Positions 22,016 through 33,893 of a stretch of 64,000 nt of DNA are shown one piece after another. The stretch spans positions 13,540 to 77,539 of the forward strand of contig JBFXED010000019.1 in assembly GCA_050180485.1 (NCBI GenBank), written 5' to 3'. The position numbers were made by a program, and so were the translations under genes. The stretch comes from Alphaproteobacteria bacterium (GTDB taxonomy: Bacteria > Pseudomonadota > Alphaproteobacteria > CADEGL01). Position 1 is the stretch's first letter. Every line of letters begins with the position of its first letter. The notes beneath the pieces were generated by a model. That model searched no databases. It was not told the DNA's origin and worked only from the letters and a program-made list of their open reading frames with translations.

Positions 22016-22483
22016 CTAGGGAGACTTCTTCGGCCTCTGCGAGGCCGTCCCCTGCGGCATCTCGGCGATGAGCGCGACCTTGCTGAAGCCTGCGGACGAC
22101 AACGTGCCCATCACCTCCATCACGCGCCCGTAATCGACCCCCCGGTCGCCGCGCACAAAGACGCGGGTGTCATGCTTGTTGGCCGTGATCGCCTCAAGCT
22201 TAGGCGTCAACGAATCCAGCGAGATTTCGGTTTCCTGCAAAAACACCTTGCCGTCCTGCTTGATTGAAACCACCAGCGGCTCGCCGGGCTCCGTGATCGG
22301 CTTGGCGTCCGTCTTGGGCAGATCGACAGGAACGCCGACCGTCAGCAGCGGCGCCGTGATCATGAAGATGACCAGCAACACGAGCATGACGTCCACAAGC
22401 GGCGTAACGTTGATCTCGTGCGACGGCGCATAGCGTGCGCGCATGCCGCCACCTTTGCCGCCTCCGCCGAGTTTGGCTCCCAT
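22016..22483 (-). CDS. tolR: TolR
   Basis: EINVTPLVDVMLVLLVIFMITAP. Confidence 0.95.
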   Translation of the reverse strand: MGAKLGGGGKGGGMRARYAPSHEINVTPLVDVMLVLLVIFMITAPLLTVGVPVDLPKTDAKPITEPGEPLVVSIKQDGKVFLQETEISLDSLTPKLEAITANKHDTRVFVRGDRGVDYGRVMEVMGTLSSAGFSKVALIAEMPQGTASQRPKKSP

Positions 22484-22486
22484 GGG

Positions 22487-23218
22487 TTAGCTCCGCTCCT
22501 CGAGTTGGCGCGACAGCACCGCGCTGAACTCGCCGGCGAAGGCTTCGAGGCGCGCCGTGTAACGGACCAGATCGCCCGAAATCTTGTTGTAGGCCACAAC
22601 CGCCGGAATGGCGGCGACCAGACCCAGCGCCGTCGCGAACAACGCTTCCGCGATACCGGGCGCCACAACCGCCAGGCTGGTGTTCTTCGACACGGCAATG
22701 GCCTGGAAACTGTTCATGATACCCCAGACCGTGCCGAACAGGCCGATGAACGGCGCGGTCGAACCGACCGAGGCCAGGAAGGTCATGTAGCGCTCGAGGC
22801 GCTCCATCTCGCGCGTCACTGTGATCATCATGACGCGCTCGATGCGCTCCTTCAGAAGCTGCTTGGCCACATCGTCGCGCGCACGGCCCTTTGCCTGGGC
22901 CCGACGCCATTCCGCCATCGCGGCGGAGAACACCGCTGTCATGGGGTCCTGCGGCCTCTGCCCGATATGGTCGTAGAGCTGGTCGAGCGATCCGCCGGAC
23001 CAGAACGATTCCTCGAACTGCGTGGTGCGTTGGTTGATGCGGCGGATGCGCGTCATCTTTTCGAAGATGATCGTCCAGCACCAGAACGACGCGGCCAGAA
23101 GGCCGATCATCACCAGTTTCACGATGACGTCGGCGCGAAGGAACAGATGCCAGAATGACATATCGTAAGCGCCGACCGATCCGGCCAGCGCTGTGGCATC
23201 GATTGCGGTTTGTTGCAT
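22487..23218 (-). CDS. tolQ: TolQ
   Basis: STAPFIGLFGTVWGIM, APGIAEALFATALGL. Confidence 0.96.
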   Translation of the reverse strand: MQQTAIDATALAGSVGAYDMSFWHLFLRADVIVKLVMIGLLAASFWCWTIIFEKMTRIRRINQRTTQFEESFWSGGSLDQLYDHIGQRPQDPMTAVFSAAMAEWRRAQAKGRARDDVAKQLLKERIERVMMITVTREMERLERYMTFLASVGSTAPFIGLFGTVWGIMNSFQAIAVSKNTSLAVVAPGIAEALFATALGLVAAIPAVVAYNKISGDLVRYTARLEAFAGEFSAVLSRQLEERS

Positions 23219-23239
23219 GGTTTCTTGCTCGCGTGTGGC

Positions 23240-23671
23240 TTAAGGGTTGGAACGGAACGCCGCGAGGATCGCGGCCGGAATACGGGCCGGGCGCCCCGCC
23301 CGGTTGACGCAGGCGAGACGGACCTTGAGGCGGGTCAGCACGGCGTCCTCGCGCGTGATGTCCTGGTCCGCCTCCAACGTGGCGCCGCCGACATGGGTCA
23401 CGCGGGTGCGGACTTCGAGCGCGTCGTCGAGGCGCGCGGGTAAAAGATAATCCGCGCTGCAGGCGCGCACCGCGAAGACCACGCCATCCTTGGCGTCCAA
23501 CTGGCGATGATCAAAGCCCCGCGCACGCAGCATCTCGGTTCGCGCCCGCTCGGCGAATTTGAGGTAGTTCGCGTAATAGACGATGCCGGCCGCATCCGTG
23601 TCCTCGTAATAGACGCGGAATGGAAAGACATGCTCCGGTACCGGCTTGGCGATTTCGGCGGCGCTAGGCAT
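23240..23671 (-). CDS. ybgC: Tol-Pal-associated acyl-CoA thioesterase
   Basis: [28 protein letters not shown]. Confidence 0.93.
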   Translation of the reverse strand: MPSAAEIAKPVPEHVFPFRVYYEDTDAAGIVYYANYLKFAERARTEMLRARGFDHRQLDAKDGVVFAVRACSADYLLPARLDDALEVRTRVTHVGGATLEADQDITREDAVLTRLKVRLACVNRAGRPARIPAAILAAFRSNP

Positions 23672-24728
23672 CGTTCGCCTCCTCGCGCCCAGCCAGAAGA
23701 TCGAGCTGCGCGCTTTCGCGCTTCGGCACCGTGAGACCCAGATAGCGATAGCCCTGGTCCGACAGCATGCGACCGCGCGGCGTGCGCTGAATCAAGCCTT
23801 GCTGGATCAGGAACGGCTCGATCACCTCTTCGATCACGTCACGCTGATCCGACAGCGCAGCCGAAAGCGTCTCTACGCCGACCGGCCCGCCGCCGTAATG
23901 CTGGGCGATGCAGCCCAGATAGCGCCGATCCATCGTGTCGAGCCCGCGGGCATCCACGTCCATACGCATCAGCGCGGCGTCGGCCACCTTGCGGTCGATG
24001 CGCGCAGCGCCATCCACGGCCGCGAAGTCGCGCACGCGGCGCAGCAGGCGGCCAGCGATGCGCGGGGTGCCGCGCGACCGGCGCGCCACCTCGTCGGCGC
24101 CGTCGTCGGTCATGGCGACGCCCAAAAGCCCGGCGCCGCGCAGAACGATGCTCTGCAGTTCGGCCGTGTCATAGAACTCGAGGCGCAGCGGGATGCCAAA
24201 CCGTTCGCGCAAGGGCGTGGTGACTAGGCCCGTGCGCGTTGTGGCGCCCACCAACGTAAAGGGCGGCAGGTCGATGCGGATCGAGCGCGCGCCCGGCCCC
24301 TCGCCGATCATCAGATCGAGCTGAAAATCCTCCATCGCGGGATAAAGCACTTCCTCGATGGCAGGATTGAGGCGGTGAATTTCGTCGATGAAGAGCACAT
24401 CACGCGGCTCGAGCGCCGTCAGCAGTGCGGCCAAGTCGCCCGCGCGCGCGATGACGGGGCCGGAGGTCGCGCGGAAGTTCACGCCCAACTCACGCGCGAC
24501 GATCTGGGCCAAGGTCGTCTTGCCCAAGCCCGGCGGGCCGTGGAACAGGACATGGTCCAGCGCCTGCTTGCGGCTGCGCGCAGCGGCGATGAAGACCGCG
24601 AGGTTCTCGCGCGCCTGCTTCTGACCGACGAAATCCTTCAGCGTCTGGGGACGCAATGTCGGGTCGCCCGAATCGTCCTTATCGGTGCGGCGCTGGAAAT
24701 CGGGGCTGACCACGCGCTCCGCCGTCAC
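23664..24728 (-). CDS. ruvB: Holliday junction branch migration helicase RuvB
   Basis: [24 protein letters not shown]. Confidence 0.98.
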   Translation of the reverse strand: MTAERVVSPDFQRRTDKDDSGDPTLRPQTLKDFVGQKQARENLAVFIAAARSRKQALDHVLFHGPPGLGKTTLAQIVARELGVNFRATSGPVIARAGDLAALLTALEPRDVLFIDEIHRLNPAIEEVLYPAMEDFQLDLMIGEGPGARSIRIDLPPFTLVGATTRTGLVTTPLRERFGIPLRLEFYDTAELQSIVLRGAGLLGVAMTDDGADEVARRSRGTPRIAGRLLRRVRDFAAVDGAARIDRKVADAALMRMDVDARGLDTMDRRYLGCIAQHYGGGPVGVETLSAALSDQRDVIEEVIEPFLIQQGLIQRTPRGRMLSDQGYRYLGLTVPKRESAQLDLLAGREEANDA

Positions 24729-25339
24729 GACGCTAGCTCCTTCAGCCCGGCGCGCACCAGCGCCTCGACCTTGGCATCGGCGCCCAGCTTGGCCGAGGCG
24801 CGCGCAACCGCGCCGAATGCTTCCGTGCGGCCATAGCCGAGATTGACGAGAGCGGACACGGCATCGCCCGTACCGCCGGCCTCTCCACCGCGCGCCGCGG
24901 CACCGGCCGGCGCTGCGACGGAAACCGGCGACGCCAGGTCGGCGATGCGATCCTTCAGTTCATTGACCAGGCGCATCGCGAGTTTCGGCCCGACGCCGTC
25001 GGCACGCGAAACCATGGCCTTGTCTTGCGCAGCGATCGCCTGCGCGATCTCATCGGGCGTCAGCGCGGAAAGGATCGACAGCGCCACCTTGGCGCCCACG
25101 CCCTGCACCGTCGTCAGCAAGCGATACCAATCACGCTCGAGACGGTCGGAGAATCCGTAAAGGACAATGCGGTCTTCGCGCACCGTCGTTTCCACGAGCA
25201 CGCTGGTGTTACCGCCGCGCACCGGCAGCTTGCCGAGCGTACGCCGCGAGCAAAACACTTGGTAACCGACGCCGTTGACGTCGACGACCGCCGAATCCTC
25301 GTCGACCGAATCGATCACGCCGGTAAGCTTGGAGATCAT
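24725..25339 (-). CDS. ruvA: Holliday junction branch migration protein RuvA
   Basis: [28 protein letters not shown]. Confidence 0.97.
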   Translation of the reverse strand: MISKLTGVIDSVDEDSAVVDVNGVGYQVFCSRRTLGKLPVRGGNTSVLVETTVREDRIVLYGFSDRLERDWYRLLTTVQGVGAKVALSILSALTPDEIAQAIAAQDKAMVSRADGVGPKLAMRLVNELKDRIADLASPVSVAAPAGAAARGGEAGGTGDAVSALVNLGYGRTEAFGAVARASAKLGADAKVEALVRAGLKELAS

Positions 25340-25851
25340 GGCCGCGCCCCCGCGGCCAATTGCGCGGCCTGACGGTAAGCGGGTGAAGAGCGGTGATGGG
25401 CATGGCAGATGGCGACAGCCAAGGCGTCTGCCGCGTCCGCACTGTCGATCTTGCAGCTCGGCAACAGCGTCCGGACCATAAGCTGAATCTGCGTCTTTTC
25501 CGCATGGCCTGCGCCGACGACAGATTTCTTGATTTGGTTCGGCGCATATTCGGCCACGCTCAAACCGAGCCGCGCGGGTGCCAGCATCACCACGCCGCGC
25601 GCCATGCCGAGCTTCAGGGTCGATTCGGGATTCTTATTCACGAACACGGTTTCGACGGCGGCTTCGTCCGGCGCGTGTTCGGCGATCACAGCGGCCAGCG
25701 CCTCATGCAAAGCGGCCAGACGCTCGCCCATCGGACGGCTATCGGCGGGCGCGATGACGCCGTTGGCGACATGCGACAGGCGCAGACCCTCAACGCGGAT
25801 GATTCCCCATCCGGTCCGCCTAAGGCCGGGATCAAGTCCCAGCAGCTTCAA
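25336..25851 (-). CDS. ruvC: Crossover junction endodeoxyribonuclease RuvC
   Basis: LGLDPG...TGWG, AAVE, DAADALAVAICH; probable TTG start at 25851. Confidence 0.95.
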   Translation of the reverse strand: MKLLGLDPGLRRTGWGIIRVEGLRLSHVANGVIAPADSRPMGERLAALHEALAAVIAEHAPDEAAVETVFVNKNPESTLKLGMARGVVMLAPARLGLSVAEYAPNQIKKSVVGAGHAEKTQIQLMVRTLLPSCKIDSADAADALAVAICHAHHRSSPAYRQAAQLAAGARP

Positions 25852-25870
25852 CGCCGCACCGCCATCAGGC

Positions 25871-26617
25871 TCACGCCCTCTCCTTCTGGAGAATCTCTTC
25901 CGGCACGTCGAGATTGGCGAAGACATGTTGCACGTCATCGAGTTCGTCGAGCGTCTCGATCAGACTCAGGACTTCCTCGGCGGTCTCGCCCGCGACGGGG
26001 ACATCGATGCTCGCGCGCCAGACGAAGCCAGCCGACTTGGGTGCGCCCAGCTTCTTCTCCAGGACTTCACGCACCTCGTTGAAGGCATCGACCGAGCAGA
26101 TCACCTCGTGCCCGTCGGTCGACGACTGCACATCGTCGGCGCCGGCCTCAACCGCCGCCTCGAACACGGCCTCCGTCGCGCCCGCCTCGGGCGGGAAGAA
26201 CAGGTTTCCGACGCGCTGGAACATGTGGCTGACACTGCCGGTCTCGCCCAGGTTGCCGCCGTGCTTGGTGAAGGCAGAGCGCACGTCACCGGCGGTGCGG
26301 TTCCGGTTGTCCGTCAGCGCTTCGACGATCAGCGCGACACCGCCCGGCGCGTAGCCTTCGTAGCGTACTTCCTGATAGGCGTTTTCCTCGTTGCCGGCCG
26401 CGCGCTTGACCGCCCGCTCGATGCTGTCCTTCGGCATGTTCGCCGCGCGCGCGTTCAACATGGCCAAGCGCAGACGCGCATTCTGGGCGGGATCGGGCAA
26501 TCCGGAGCGGGCCGCCACGATGATTTCGCGCGCGAGCTTGGAAAACAGACGGGACCGCTTGGCGTCCTGGGCGCCTTTGCGGTGCATGATGTTCTTGAAT
26601 TGAGAATGACCTGCCAT
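25871..26617 (-). CDS. yebC: YebC/PmpR family protein
   Basis: [30 protein letters not shown]. Confidence 0.97.
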   Translation of the reverse strand: MAGHSQFKNIMHRKGAQDAKRSRLFSKLAREIIVAARSGLPDPAQNARLRLAMLNARAANMPKDSIERAVKRAAGNEENAYQEVRYEGYAPGGVALIVEALTDNRNRTAGDVRSAFTKHGGNLGETGSVSHMFQRVGNLFFPPEAGATEAVFEAAVEAGADDVQSSTDGHEVICSVDAFNEVREVLEKKLGAPKSAGFVWRASIDVPVAGETAEEVLSLIETLDELDDVQHVFANLDVPEEILQKERA

Positions 26618-26785
26618 CGTCCAACGTCAGCTAAAAACTGGCTAAAACCTGTAGCCGGAAAGGATTTCTATACCATATGTGGTGTTTTCGCGCCTAGCGG
26701 CGCGCAGGGCGCGTTGGCGAGAAACTGCCGGGTCAATATGGCAGGAATACGGCTCTGAACCCGCGATTTACGGGGCTGAACGCCC

Positions 26786-27598
26786 CTAGGCGGGCATAGC
26801 GGGCTCCAAAATGCCACCCAGCCGCAAGGGAGAAACCCGCTTCGCCCGGCCGGTGGCGTCGTCGGTCTCAACCACGACCCCACACAGGGTGGCTTCGCCA
26901 TCGGCGGGAGCCAGCCGTTCCGTCGGCAGCTTGCGGGTGAAGCGGTAGACCGAGCCCTCATGCTGCATGCCGATGACCGAGTGATAGTCGCCGCACATGC
27001 CGAGGTCGGTCAGATAACCCGTGCCCTTGGGCAGGATGCGCGCGTCTGCGGTCGGCACATGGGTGTGGGTGCCGACCACGAGCGAGACCCGCCCATCGCA
27101 GTGATAGGCCATGGCCTGCTTCTCGCTGGACGCCTCGCCATGCAAGTCGAGCAGGATCGCATGGGCCGTTCGGCCGAGCTGATGGCTGGACAGCATCGTA
27201 TCGACGCAAGCGAAGGGATCGTCCAGCGGATCCATGAACAGGCGCAGCATGACGTGCATCACCACGACGGTGCGCCCATCCAGCGTCTTGTAGACGCCCA
27301 TGCCCTTGCCGGGCGTGCCCTTGGGGAAGTTCTGCGGGCGCAGAAGACGCGGATCGCCGTCGATGTAGGGGATGATCTCGCGCTGGTCCCAGACGTGGTT
27401 GCCGGTCGTGATGACATCTACACCCGCGCCATAGACGCTCTGGCAGATCTTGCCGGTGATGCCGAAACCGCCCGCCGCGTTCTCGCCGTTGGCCACGACG
27501 AAATCCAGACCCAACTTCTTGCGCAGTTCCGGCACCTGCTCGACGACAGCATCACGCCCGCTGCGTCCCACGATGTCGCCGAGAAACAGGATCTTCAT
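26786..27598 (-). CDS. ymdB: YmdB-like metallophosphoesterase
   Basis: GDIVG, NGENAAGG, TTGNH, DLHGEASSEK, GTHTHV; ATGA overlap with ygfA. Confidence 0.92.
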   Translation of the reverse strand: MKILFLGDIVGRSGRDAVVEQVPELRKKLGLDFVVANGENAAGGFGITGKICQSVYGAGVDVITTGNHVWDQREIIPYIDGDPRLLRPQNFPKGTPGKGMGVYKTLDGRTVVVMHVMLRLFMDPLDDPFACVDTMLSSHQLGRTAHAILLDLHGEASSEKQAMAYHCDGRVSLVVGTHTHVPTADARILPKGTGYLTDLGMCGDYHSVIGMQHEGSVYRFTRKLPTERLAPADGEATLCGVVVETDDATGRAKRVSPLRLGGILEPAMPA

Positions 27599-28191
27599 GC
27601 CTTGGCTCCAAATTGGATCGCTTCGACCTCGGTAACCAGCCAATCGAGCGGCTGATCGTGGGCCTCGCGCGGCACCTGCGCCACTTCCTGGCCGGCATAG
27701 GCGACCCCGACCGCCAGCACACGCCCCGCCGCGCGCAAGTCCGCGAGCGTCATGTCGTAATAACCCGCCCCGTGCCCCAAACGGAACCCTTCCCGGTCGA
27801 ATGCCAGGAGCGGCACCAGAAGAAGCGACGGCGTCAGCACGGCGGCATCGGGCGCGGGCGCGAGAATGCCGAGCGAGCCCGGCACCATCGCATCGCCTTT
27901 GCGCCAGGCGCGGAACAACAGCGGTTTGCCGCGCCCCTGCACGACGGGCAGGCAGAGCGAGTGGCCGCGCGCGGCCAAATCCGCCATCAGCACACGCGGA
28001 TCCATCTCGCCTTCCATCGGCCAGTAGCCTGAAACGACCGCGCCGACGGCGGGCATGATCGCGCGCCCGAAGTTTCGGCACAGCCGCTCGCCCGCGCCGC
28101 GGCCGGCGGCCGTGTGTGCAGCGCGCTGCGCCATGCGCGCCGCCGCGCGCAACGTGCGCTTGGCGTCGGTCATGGCGGCATCAGACGGCAT
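27595..28191 (-). CDS. ygfA: 5-formyltetrahydrofolate cyclo-ligase
   Basis: VPLLAFD..G.RLG.GAGYYD; canonical position downstream of 6S RNA. Confidence 0.93.
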   Translation of the reverse strand: MPSDAAMTDAKRTLRAAARMAQRAAHTAAGRGAGERLCRNFGRAIMPAVGAVVSGYWPMEGEMDPRVLMADLAARGHSLCLPVVQGRGKPLLFRAWRKGDAMVPGSLGILAPAPDAAVLTPSLLLVPLLAFDREGFRLGHGAGYYDMTLADLRAAGRVLAVGVAYAGQEVAQVPREAHDQPLDWLVTEVEAIQFGAKA

Positions 28192-28199
28192 GGGATTCT

Positions 28200-28350
28200 C
28201 GGCAGGGAAACAGGCGGAGCCAGATCGGCCGTCGGCGAGTCATGTCCACTGGAGCCTGCGTAAGCAGGTGGGCGCCATGTACCGAGGCCAGGGCCCCGGC
28301 AGAGACAGCTCCCTAGTGGTTTACATTGGCCCCCGGGACGACGATTGCCT
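28200..28350 (-). ncRNA. ssrS: 6S RNA
   Basis: Lies between zapA and ygfA. Contains the alphaproteobacterial-type core ggggccaatgtaaaccactagggagctgtc...cggtacatggcgcccacctg, and its ends pair (ggggcca/tggctcc). Ends approximate. Confidence 0.85.
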
Positions 28351-28381
28351 AACGCGCCGCCCAGCACCGCCCAATGGGAAT

Positions 28382-28720
28382 CTAGGCGTGCTCCAGCCGC
28401 GCGGCAATGTCCTCGATGCGCGCGGCGACGCCTTCCAGCGCCGAGGCCGCGCGCGCATCCGCCTTCGAGGCGGTGGAACGCGCGTCGTCCGAGGTCTTAC
28501 GGGTTTCGTCGAGCTGCCGCGTGACCTCGGACAATTCGTCCGCGATCAGGAGGCTGACCATGACCAGGAGGCGCATGTCGCCGATCTGCCCCATGGCGGC
28601 AACCAGCTCGGACACACGGCGGTCGATATAGCCCGCCAACTGACGCAGATGATCTTCCTGGCCGTCGTCGCAGGCGATCTGGTAGGCGCGGCCGTTGATG
28701 GTGACGCTGACTTGCGCCAT
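28382..28720 (-). CDS. zapA: Cell division protein ZapA
   Basis: VTINGRAYQIACDDGQEDHL, RLLVMVSLLIADE. Confidence 0.93.
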   Translation of the reverse strand: MAQVSVTINGRAYQIACDDGQEDHLRQLAGYIDRRVSELVAAMGQIGDMRLLVMVSLLIADELSEVTRQLDETRKTSDDARSTASKADARAASALEGVAARIEDIAARLEHA

Positions 28721-28721
28721 C

Positions 28722-28988
28722 TCAGCTCTCCAGCAGCCGCGTGATGCGGTCGATGGTGTCCTCTAGCCGGCGGGTCACGTCGCGATTCGCCTCGGCCAGC
28801 GAGGCGGCACGCGCCTCCGCGGCGCTGGCGGCTGCCTGAGCGGCGTCGGCCGCCGTCTGATTTTGGTCGGCCGCATCGCGACCTTCGACGGCTGCGGCTT
28901 CCACGCGGGCGACACGCGCGGCAACCGCGCTCTCCAAGCGGTCGAGGGATTTTTCCAAGCGCTGTGAAGCGCTGTCGAAGCTTGTCAT
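28722..28988 (-). CDS. zauP: Small coiled-coil protein upstream of zapA (ZauP/DUF4164-like)
   Basis: Heptad-rich 88 aa, stop 1 nt before the zapA start, same position as Caulobacter zauP. Confidence 0.7.
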   Translation of the reverse strand: MTSFDSASQRLEKSLDRLESAVAARVARVEAAAVEGRDAADQNQTAADAAQAAASAAEARAASLAEANRDVTRRLEDTIDRITRLLES

Positions 28989-29273
28989 CGGTTGCGCGAT
29001 GGTGGCGGATGGGTACTGTTCGGACCATACGACGGCACATGAGGGAGGTCAACGAACGCCTTGCGCCCCAGGGATTTTTTGCCTCAGGCGCAGGTACGCA
29101 ACGAAGCGGCCGGCAAGGCCGTCGGAATCACCCCGGACAAACCATGAACCCGATTGACGTGATCCCGGCGGCACAGCATGTTGCGCACCGTCCGTTTCGG
29201 CCCCGTTGTCGGGCCGTCCATCCCGAACGGGGGCATGCCGCGCGCGCAACGCCCGCCCGCCCCACAGGCTCCA

Positions 29274-31295
29274 ATGACCGCCGCACGGCAGACCGAAAAA
29301 CCCTCGACTGACAGCTTGTTAGACCCCGCCCGACGCGCCATGGCGAACGCGATCCGCGCTTTGTCGATGGATGCCGTCGAGGCCGCGAAATCCGGCCATC
29401 CCGGCATGCCGATGGGCATGGCCGACGTGGCCACCGTCCTGTTCGCCGATTTCCTGAAATTCGATCCCGCCGCGCCGTCGTGGCCCGACCGCGACCGCTT
29501 CGTCCTGTCCGCCGGTCACGGCTCGATGCTGCTCTATTCGCTGCTGCATCTGACCGGCTATGCCGACATGACGATCGACGACCTGAAGCGTTTCCGTCAG
29601 CTCGGCAGCCGCACCGCGGGCCATCCCGAATACGGCCACGCCGCCGGCATCGAGACCACGACCGGTCCCTTGGGCCAGGGCCTGGCGAACGCGGTCGGCA
29701 TGGCGCTGGCCGAGGCCATGCTGCGCGCGCGTTACGGGCGCGAGGCGGTCGATCATTACACCTACGTCATCGCGGGCGACGGCTGCCTAATGGAAGGCAT
29801 CAGCCACGAGGCCATCTCGCTGGCCGGGCACCTGCGCCTCAGCCGCCTGATCGTCCTGTTCGACGACAACGGCATCACCATCGACGGTAAGACCAGCTTT
29901 TCCGTCTCCGACGACCAGCTCGCGCGCTTTCGCGCCAGCAATTGGGACGTCCAATCGGTCGATGGTCACGACCATGGCGCAGTGCGCGCCGCGATCGAGA
30001 AGGCACGCGCGACCGAGGCGCCCTCGCTGATCGCCTGCCGCACCACCATCGCCTACGGCGCGCCGACCAAGGCCGGCAGCGAGTGGGCGCACGGCAGCCC
30101 CTTGGGCGCGCAGGAGATCGCAGGCGCGCGCGAGAAACTCGGCTGGAGCCACGCGCCGTTCGAAATCCCGGCCGATATCGCCAAAGCGTGGCGCGCGGTC
30201 GGCAGCCGCGGCCAGGCCGCGCGTAAGGAATGGGAAGCCCGTCTCGCGGCTTTGCCTGCCGACAAGCGCAAGACGTTCGAGCGCGTCATGGCGGGCAGGC
30301 TGCCCGAGGGCTGGAAAGAAGCTGTCGACGCGCTGAAGCAAAAGGTTTCGAGCGAGAAGCCCAAGCTGGCCACCCGCCAGAGTTCGGGCAACGCGCTGGA
30401 AGTGCTGACCCAAGCCGTGCCGGAACTGGTCGGCGGCTCCGCCGACCTCACCGGTTCGAACAACACCAAGGCCAAGGCGCAGAATTTCGTCACGTCAGCC
30501 GATTTCTCGGGAAGCTATATCGGCTACGGCGTGCGCGAGCATGCGATGGGCGCGGCCATGAACGGCATCGCCCTGCATAAGGGCCTGATCCCATACGGCG
30601 GCACGTTCCTGGTCTTCACAGACTATGCCCGCCCCGCGATCCGCCTTTCCGCCCTCATGGGCCTGCGTGTCGTCTATGTGATGACGCACGACTCGATCGG
30701 TCTTGGCGAGGACGGCCCGACCCATCAGCCGGTCGAGCACATGGCGGCGCTGCGCGCCATCCCGAATCTTCTCGTCTTCCGTCCCGCGGACGGTGTCGAG
30801 ACCGCCGAATGCTGGGCGGTCGCGCTCGAGAATGCGGACCGTCCATCCGTCCTGGCTCTGACGCGCCAAGCCGTGCCCACCGTGCGCACCGAACACCAGC
30901 GCGAGAATCTCTCCGCGCGCGGCGCATACGAATTGGCGCCCGCCACCGGCAAGGCCAAGGTCTCGCTGTTCGCGACCGGCTCCGAGGTGCATCTCGCCCT
31001 CGAAGCGCGCGCGCAGTTGGAGAAGGACGGCATCCCCACCCGCGTCGTCTCCGTGCCCAGCATGGAACTGTTCGCGGCGCAGCCGGAGAGCTACCGCGCC
31101 GCCGTGCTCGGCGAAACCGATGCGCGCGTGGCCATTGAAGCCGGCGTACGCCAGGCCTGGGACAGCATCATCGGTCCCAAGGGCGCCTTCATCGGCATGA
31201 CAAGTTTCGGTGCCTCGGCGCCGGCCGGGGATCTCTACAAGCATTTCGGCATCACGGCCGAGGCGGCGGTCAACGCCGCCCGGAAGCTGGTCTAG
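29274..31295 (+). CDS. tkt: Transketolase
   Basis: [45 protein letters not shown]; start trimmed to 29274. Confidence 0.98.
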   Translation: MTAARQTEKPSTDSLLDPARRAMANAIRALSMDAVEAAKSGHPGMPMGMADVATVLFADFLKFDPAAPSWPDRDRFVLSAGHGSMLLYSLLHLTGYADMTIDDLKRFRQLGSRTAGHPEYGHAAGIETTTGPLGQGLANAVGMALAEAMLRARYGREAVDHYTYVIAGDGCLMEGISHEAISLAGHLRLSRLIVLFDDNGITIDGKTSFSVSDDQLARFRASNWDVQSVDGHDHGAVRAAIEKARATEAPSLIACRTTIAYGAPTKAGSEWAHGSPLGAQEIAGAREKLGWSHAPFEIPADIAKAWRAVGSRGQAARKEWEARLAALPADKRKTFERVMAGRLPEGWKEAVDALKQKVSSEKPKLATRQSSGNALEVLTQAVPELVGGSADLTGSNNTKAKAQNFVTSADFSGSYIGYGVREHAMGAAMNGIALHKGLIPYGGTFLVFTDYARPAIRLSALMGLRVVYVMTHDSIGLGEDGPTHQPVEHMAALRAIPNLLVFRPADGVETAECWAVALENADRPSVLALTRQAVPTVRTEHQRENLSARGAYELAPATGKAKVSLFATGSEVHLALEARAQLEKDGIPTRVVSVPSMELFAAQPESYRAAVLGETDARVAIEAGVRQAWDSIIGPKGAFIGMTSFGASAPAGDLYKHFGITAEAAVNAARKLV

Positions 31296-31330
31296 CAAAG
31301 ACCAGGGGCACTTAGAGAACGGAGGGAAGA

Positions 31331-32341
<1,011 letters not shown>

Positions 32342-32363
32342 GCCGGAACACTTTACGGAATCG

Positions 32364-32397
32364 AAAAGGGCGGACCTTCGGGTCCGCCCTTTTGTTT
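32364..32397. terminator. Bidirectional intrinsic terminator between gap and the LysR gene
   Basis: aaaagggcggacc-ttcg-ggtccgcccttttgttt. Confidence 0.9.
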
Positions 32398-33344
32398 CAG
32401 GCCGCCGACGCGTCCGGCGTACGCGGGGCAAGCGATGCGCCCGCTTCCCAGCGCGGCACGGGCGAAAACAATCCCGAGAGAAAATCGACGAAGGCGCGCA
32501 CCTTGGGCGAGAGGTGCCGGCTGGGCGGATACATGGCGTAGATCGGCGGCGCGGGCGCGGCATAGTCGCTGAGCACCGCCTTCAGACGGCCCGCGCGCAG
32601 ATCCTCGCCCACGAACCACGTGGGCAGCATGGCCACGCCCAAACCGTCCAGCGCCGCGCAGCGGATCGTCGAGACGTTGTTGACGCGCATGCGGCCCGTG
32701 ACATGGATGGCTTGCTCGACGCCTTCCTCGCCCGTCAGCCGCCAGTGCTCGCCCGCGGCCAGATAGCTGTAAAGAAGACAATCGTGGCGCGTCAGATCGC
32801 GCGGCTCCTTGGGCGTCCCCCGTTCAGCCCAATAGGCCGGCGATGCCACGATCACGCGTTGCGAGCTGGCCAGCTTGCGCGCGATCAGGCTCGAATCCTT
32901 CAACTCGGCGATGCGCACCAGGACGTCCACCGCCTCGGCCAGAGGATCGATGAACTGGTCGGTCATCTCCACATCGAGCGTGATGTCGGGATATTGGCGC
33001 ATGAACGAAGCCAGCGAAGGCGCGATATGCAGGCGGCCGAACACGGCCGGCATGTTGATGCGCAAGGGACCGCGCGGCGTCGCGTTCAGGCTGGTGACGG
33101 CCTCGGTCGCCTCCTCGATATCGGCCAGGATGCGGCGGCACCGCTCCAGATAGCCGCGGCCCACGTCCGTGAGCGCGATCTTCCGCGTGGTGCGGTTGAA
33201 AAGCTGGGCGCCAAGCTGGTCCTCGAGCGTCGAAATCTGCCGGCTAATGGCCGAGGGGGTCAGTCCCAAAAGCCGTGCCGCGCCGGACAGGCTGCCGGCC
33301 TCAGCCACCTTCACGAACACCCGCATACCTTCAAATGTGACCAT
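32397..33344 (-). CDS. LysR-family transcriptional regulator (CrgA/DmlR-like)
   Basis: HTH SLSGAARLLGLTPSAISRQI..LE..LG..LF.RTTR, G.LRIN, HDCLLY. Confidence 0.93.
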   Translation of the reverse strand: MVTFEGMRVFVKVAEAGSLSGAARLLGLTPSAISRQISTLEDQLGAQLFNRTTRKIALTDVGRGYLERCRRILADIEEATEAVTSLNATPRGPLRINMPAVFGRLHIAPSLASFMRQYPDITLDVEMTDQFIDPLAEAVDVLVRIAELKDSSLIARKLASSQRVIVASPAYWAERGTPKEPRDLTRHDCLLYSYLAAGEHWRLTGEEGVEQAIHVTGRMRVNNVSTIRCAALDGLGVAMLPTWFVGEDLRAGRLKAVLSDYAAPAPPIYAMYPPSRHLSPKVRAFVDFLSGLFSPVPRWEAGASLAPRTPDASAA

Positions 33345-33356
33345 GGCGGCAATCCT

Positions 33357-33379
33357 ATTTGTGCAAAAATATTACAAAT
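33357..33379. promoter_or_regulatory. LysR recognition box (T-N11-A inverted repeat) in an AT-rich divergent promoter
   Basis: ATTTGT-gcaaaaatatt-ACAAAT, 12 nt upstream of the LysR start. Confidence 0.7.
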
Positions 33380-33500
33380 TATGTTTTATTTTTTATCATT
33401 TTCAAAAAATTAGCAAAGCCAATAATCAGCTTACGCCGCACCGCAGCGTAATCATTGTACCGCAACATTGAGGTGTGCCGTGAGCCGGCTTCCCAAGCCC

Positions 33501-33848
33501 ATGCAAGACTACAGCGAAATCCTGGTCACGTTACCTCCCCGCGGCCCCGCGCCCCTGCCGCTGGGCGGAAAGTGGCCGGGTCCCGTCCCCCTCGTCCGCG
33601 AGCATCTGGACGAGATCGTGGCCGAAGCGCGCGAGGATCGCGCCCGCGCCGTGCGTGAAGCTGCGTGGTCTCTGATCCATACCGCGATCGCGCCGTTCCG
33701 CGCCTTGGCGCGTTCCTGGCGCGCCTGGCGCAAACACGAGCGCGACATGGAAGAACTGCTGCAGCTCGACGATCGCGCGCTCGCCGACATGGGTATTTCG
33801 CGCTACGACGCGCTCGTGGCAGCCAAGAGCGCCCGTCGCCGCGACTAG
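33501..33848 (+). CDS. DUF1127-domain protein (long form)
   Basis: C-terminal RSWRAWRKHERDMEELLQLDDRALADMGISR. Confidence 0.8.
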   Translation: MQDYSEILVTLPPRGPAPLPLGGKWPGPVPLVREHLDEIVAEAREDRARAVREAAWSLIHTAIAPFRALARSWRAWRKHERDMEELLQLDDRALADMGISRYDALVAAKSARRRD

Positions 33849-33893
33849 CGTCCGGCGCTTGCGGCCGGGCGCGGACCAACGCAGTGTGGGCCG

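Noticed and set aside
26786-28081. Apparent long N-terminal extensions on ymdB, glmM, serA, fbaB, epmA, prpE and the MaoC gene
   Set aside because: Open frames overlapping upstream genes; family starts with an RBS lie downstream, so these are not fusions
28722-28988. Novel coiled-coil gene upstream of zapA
   Set aside because: Matches the position and character of the already described ZauP
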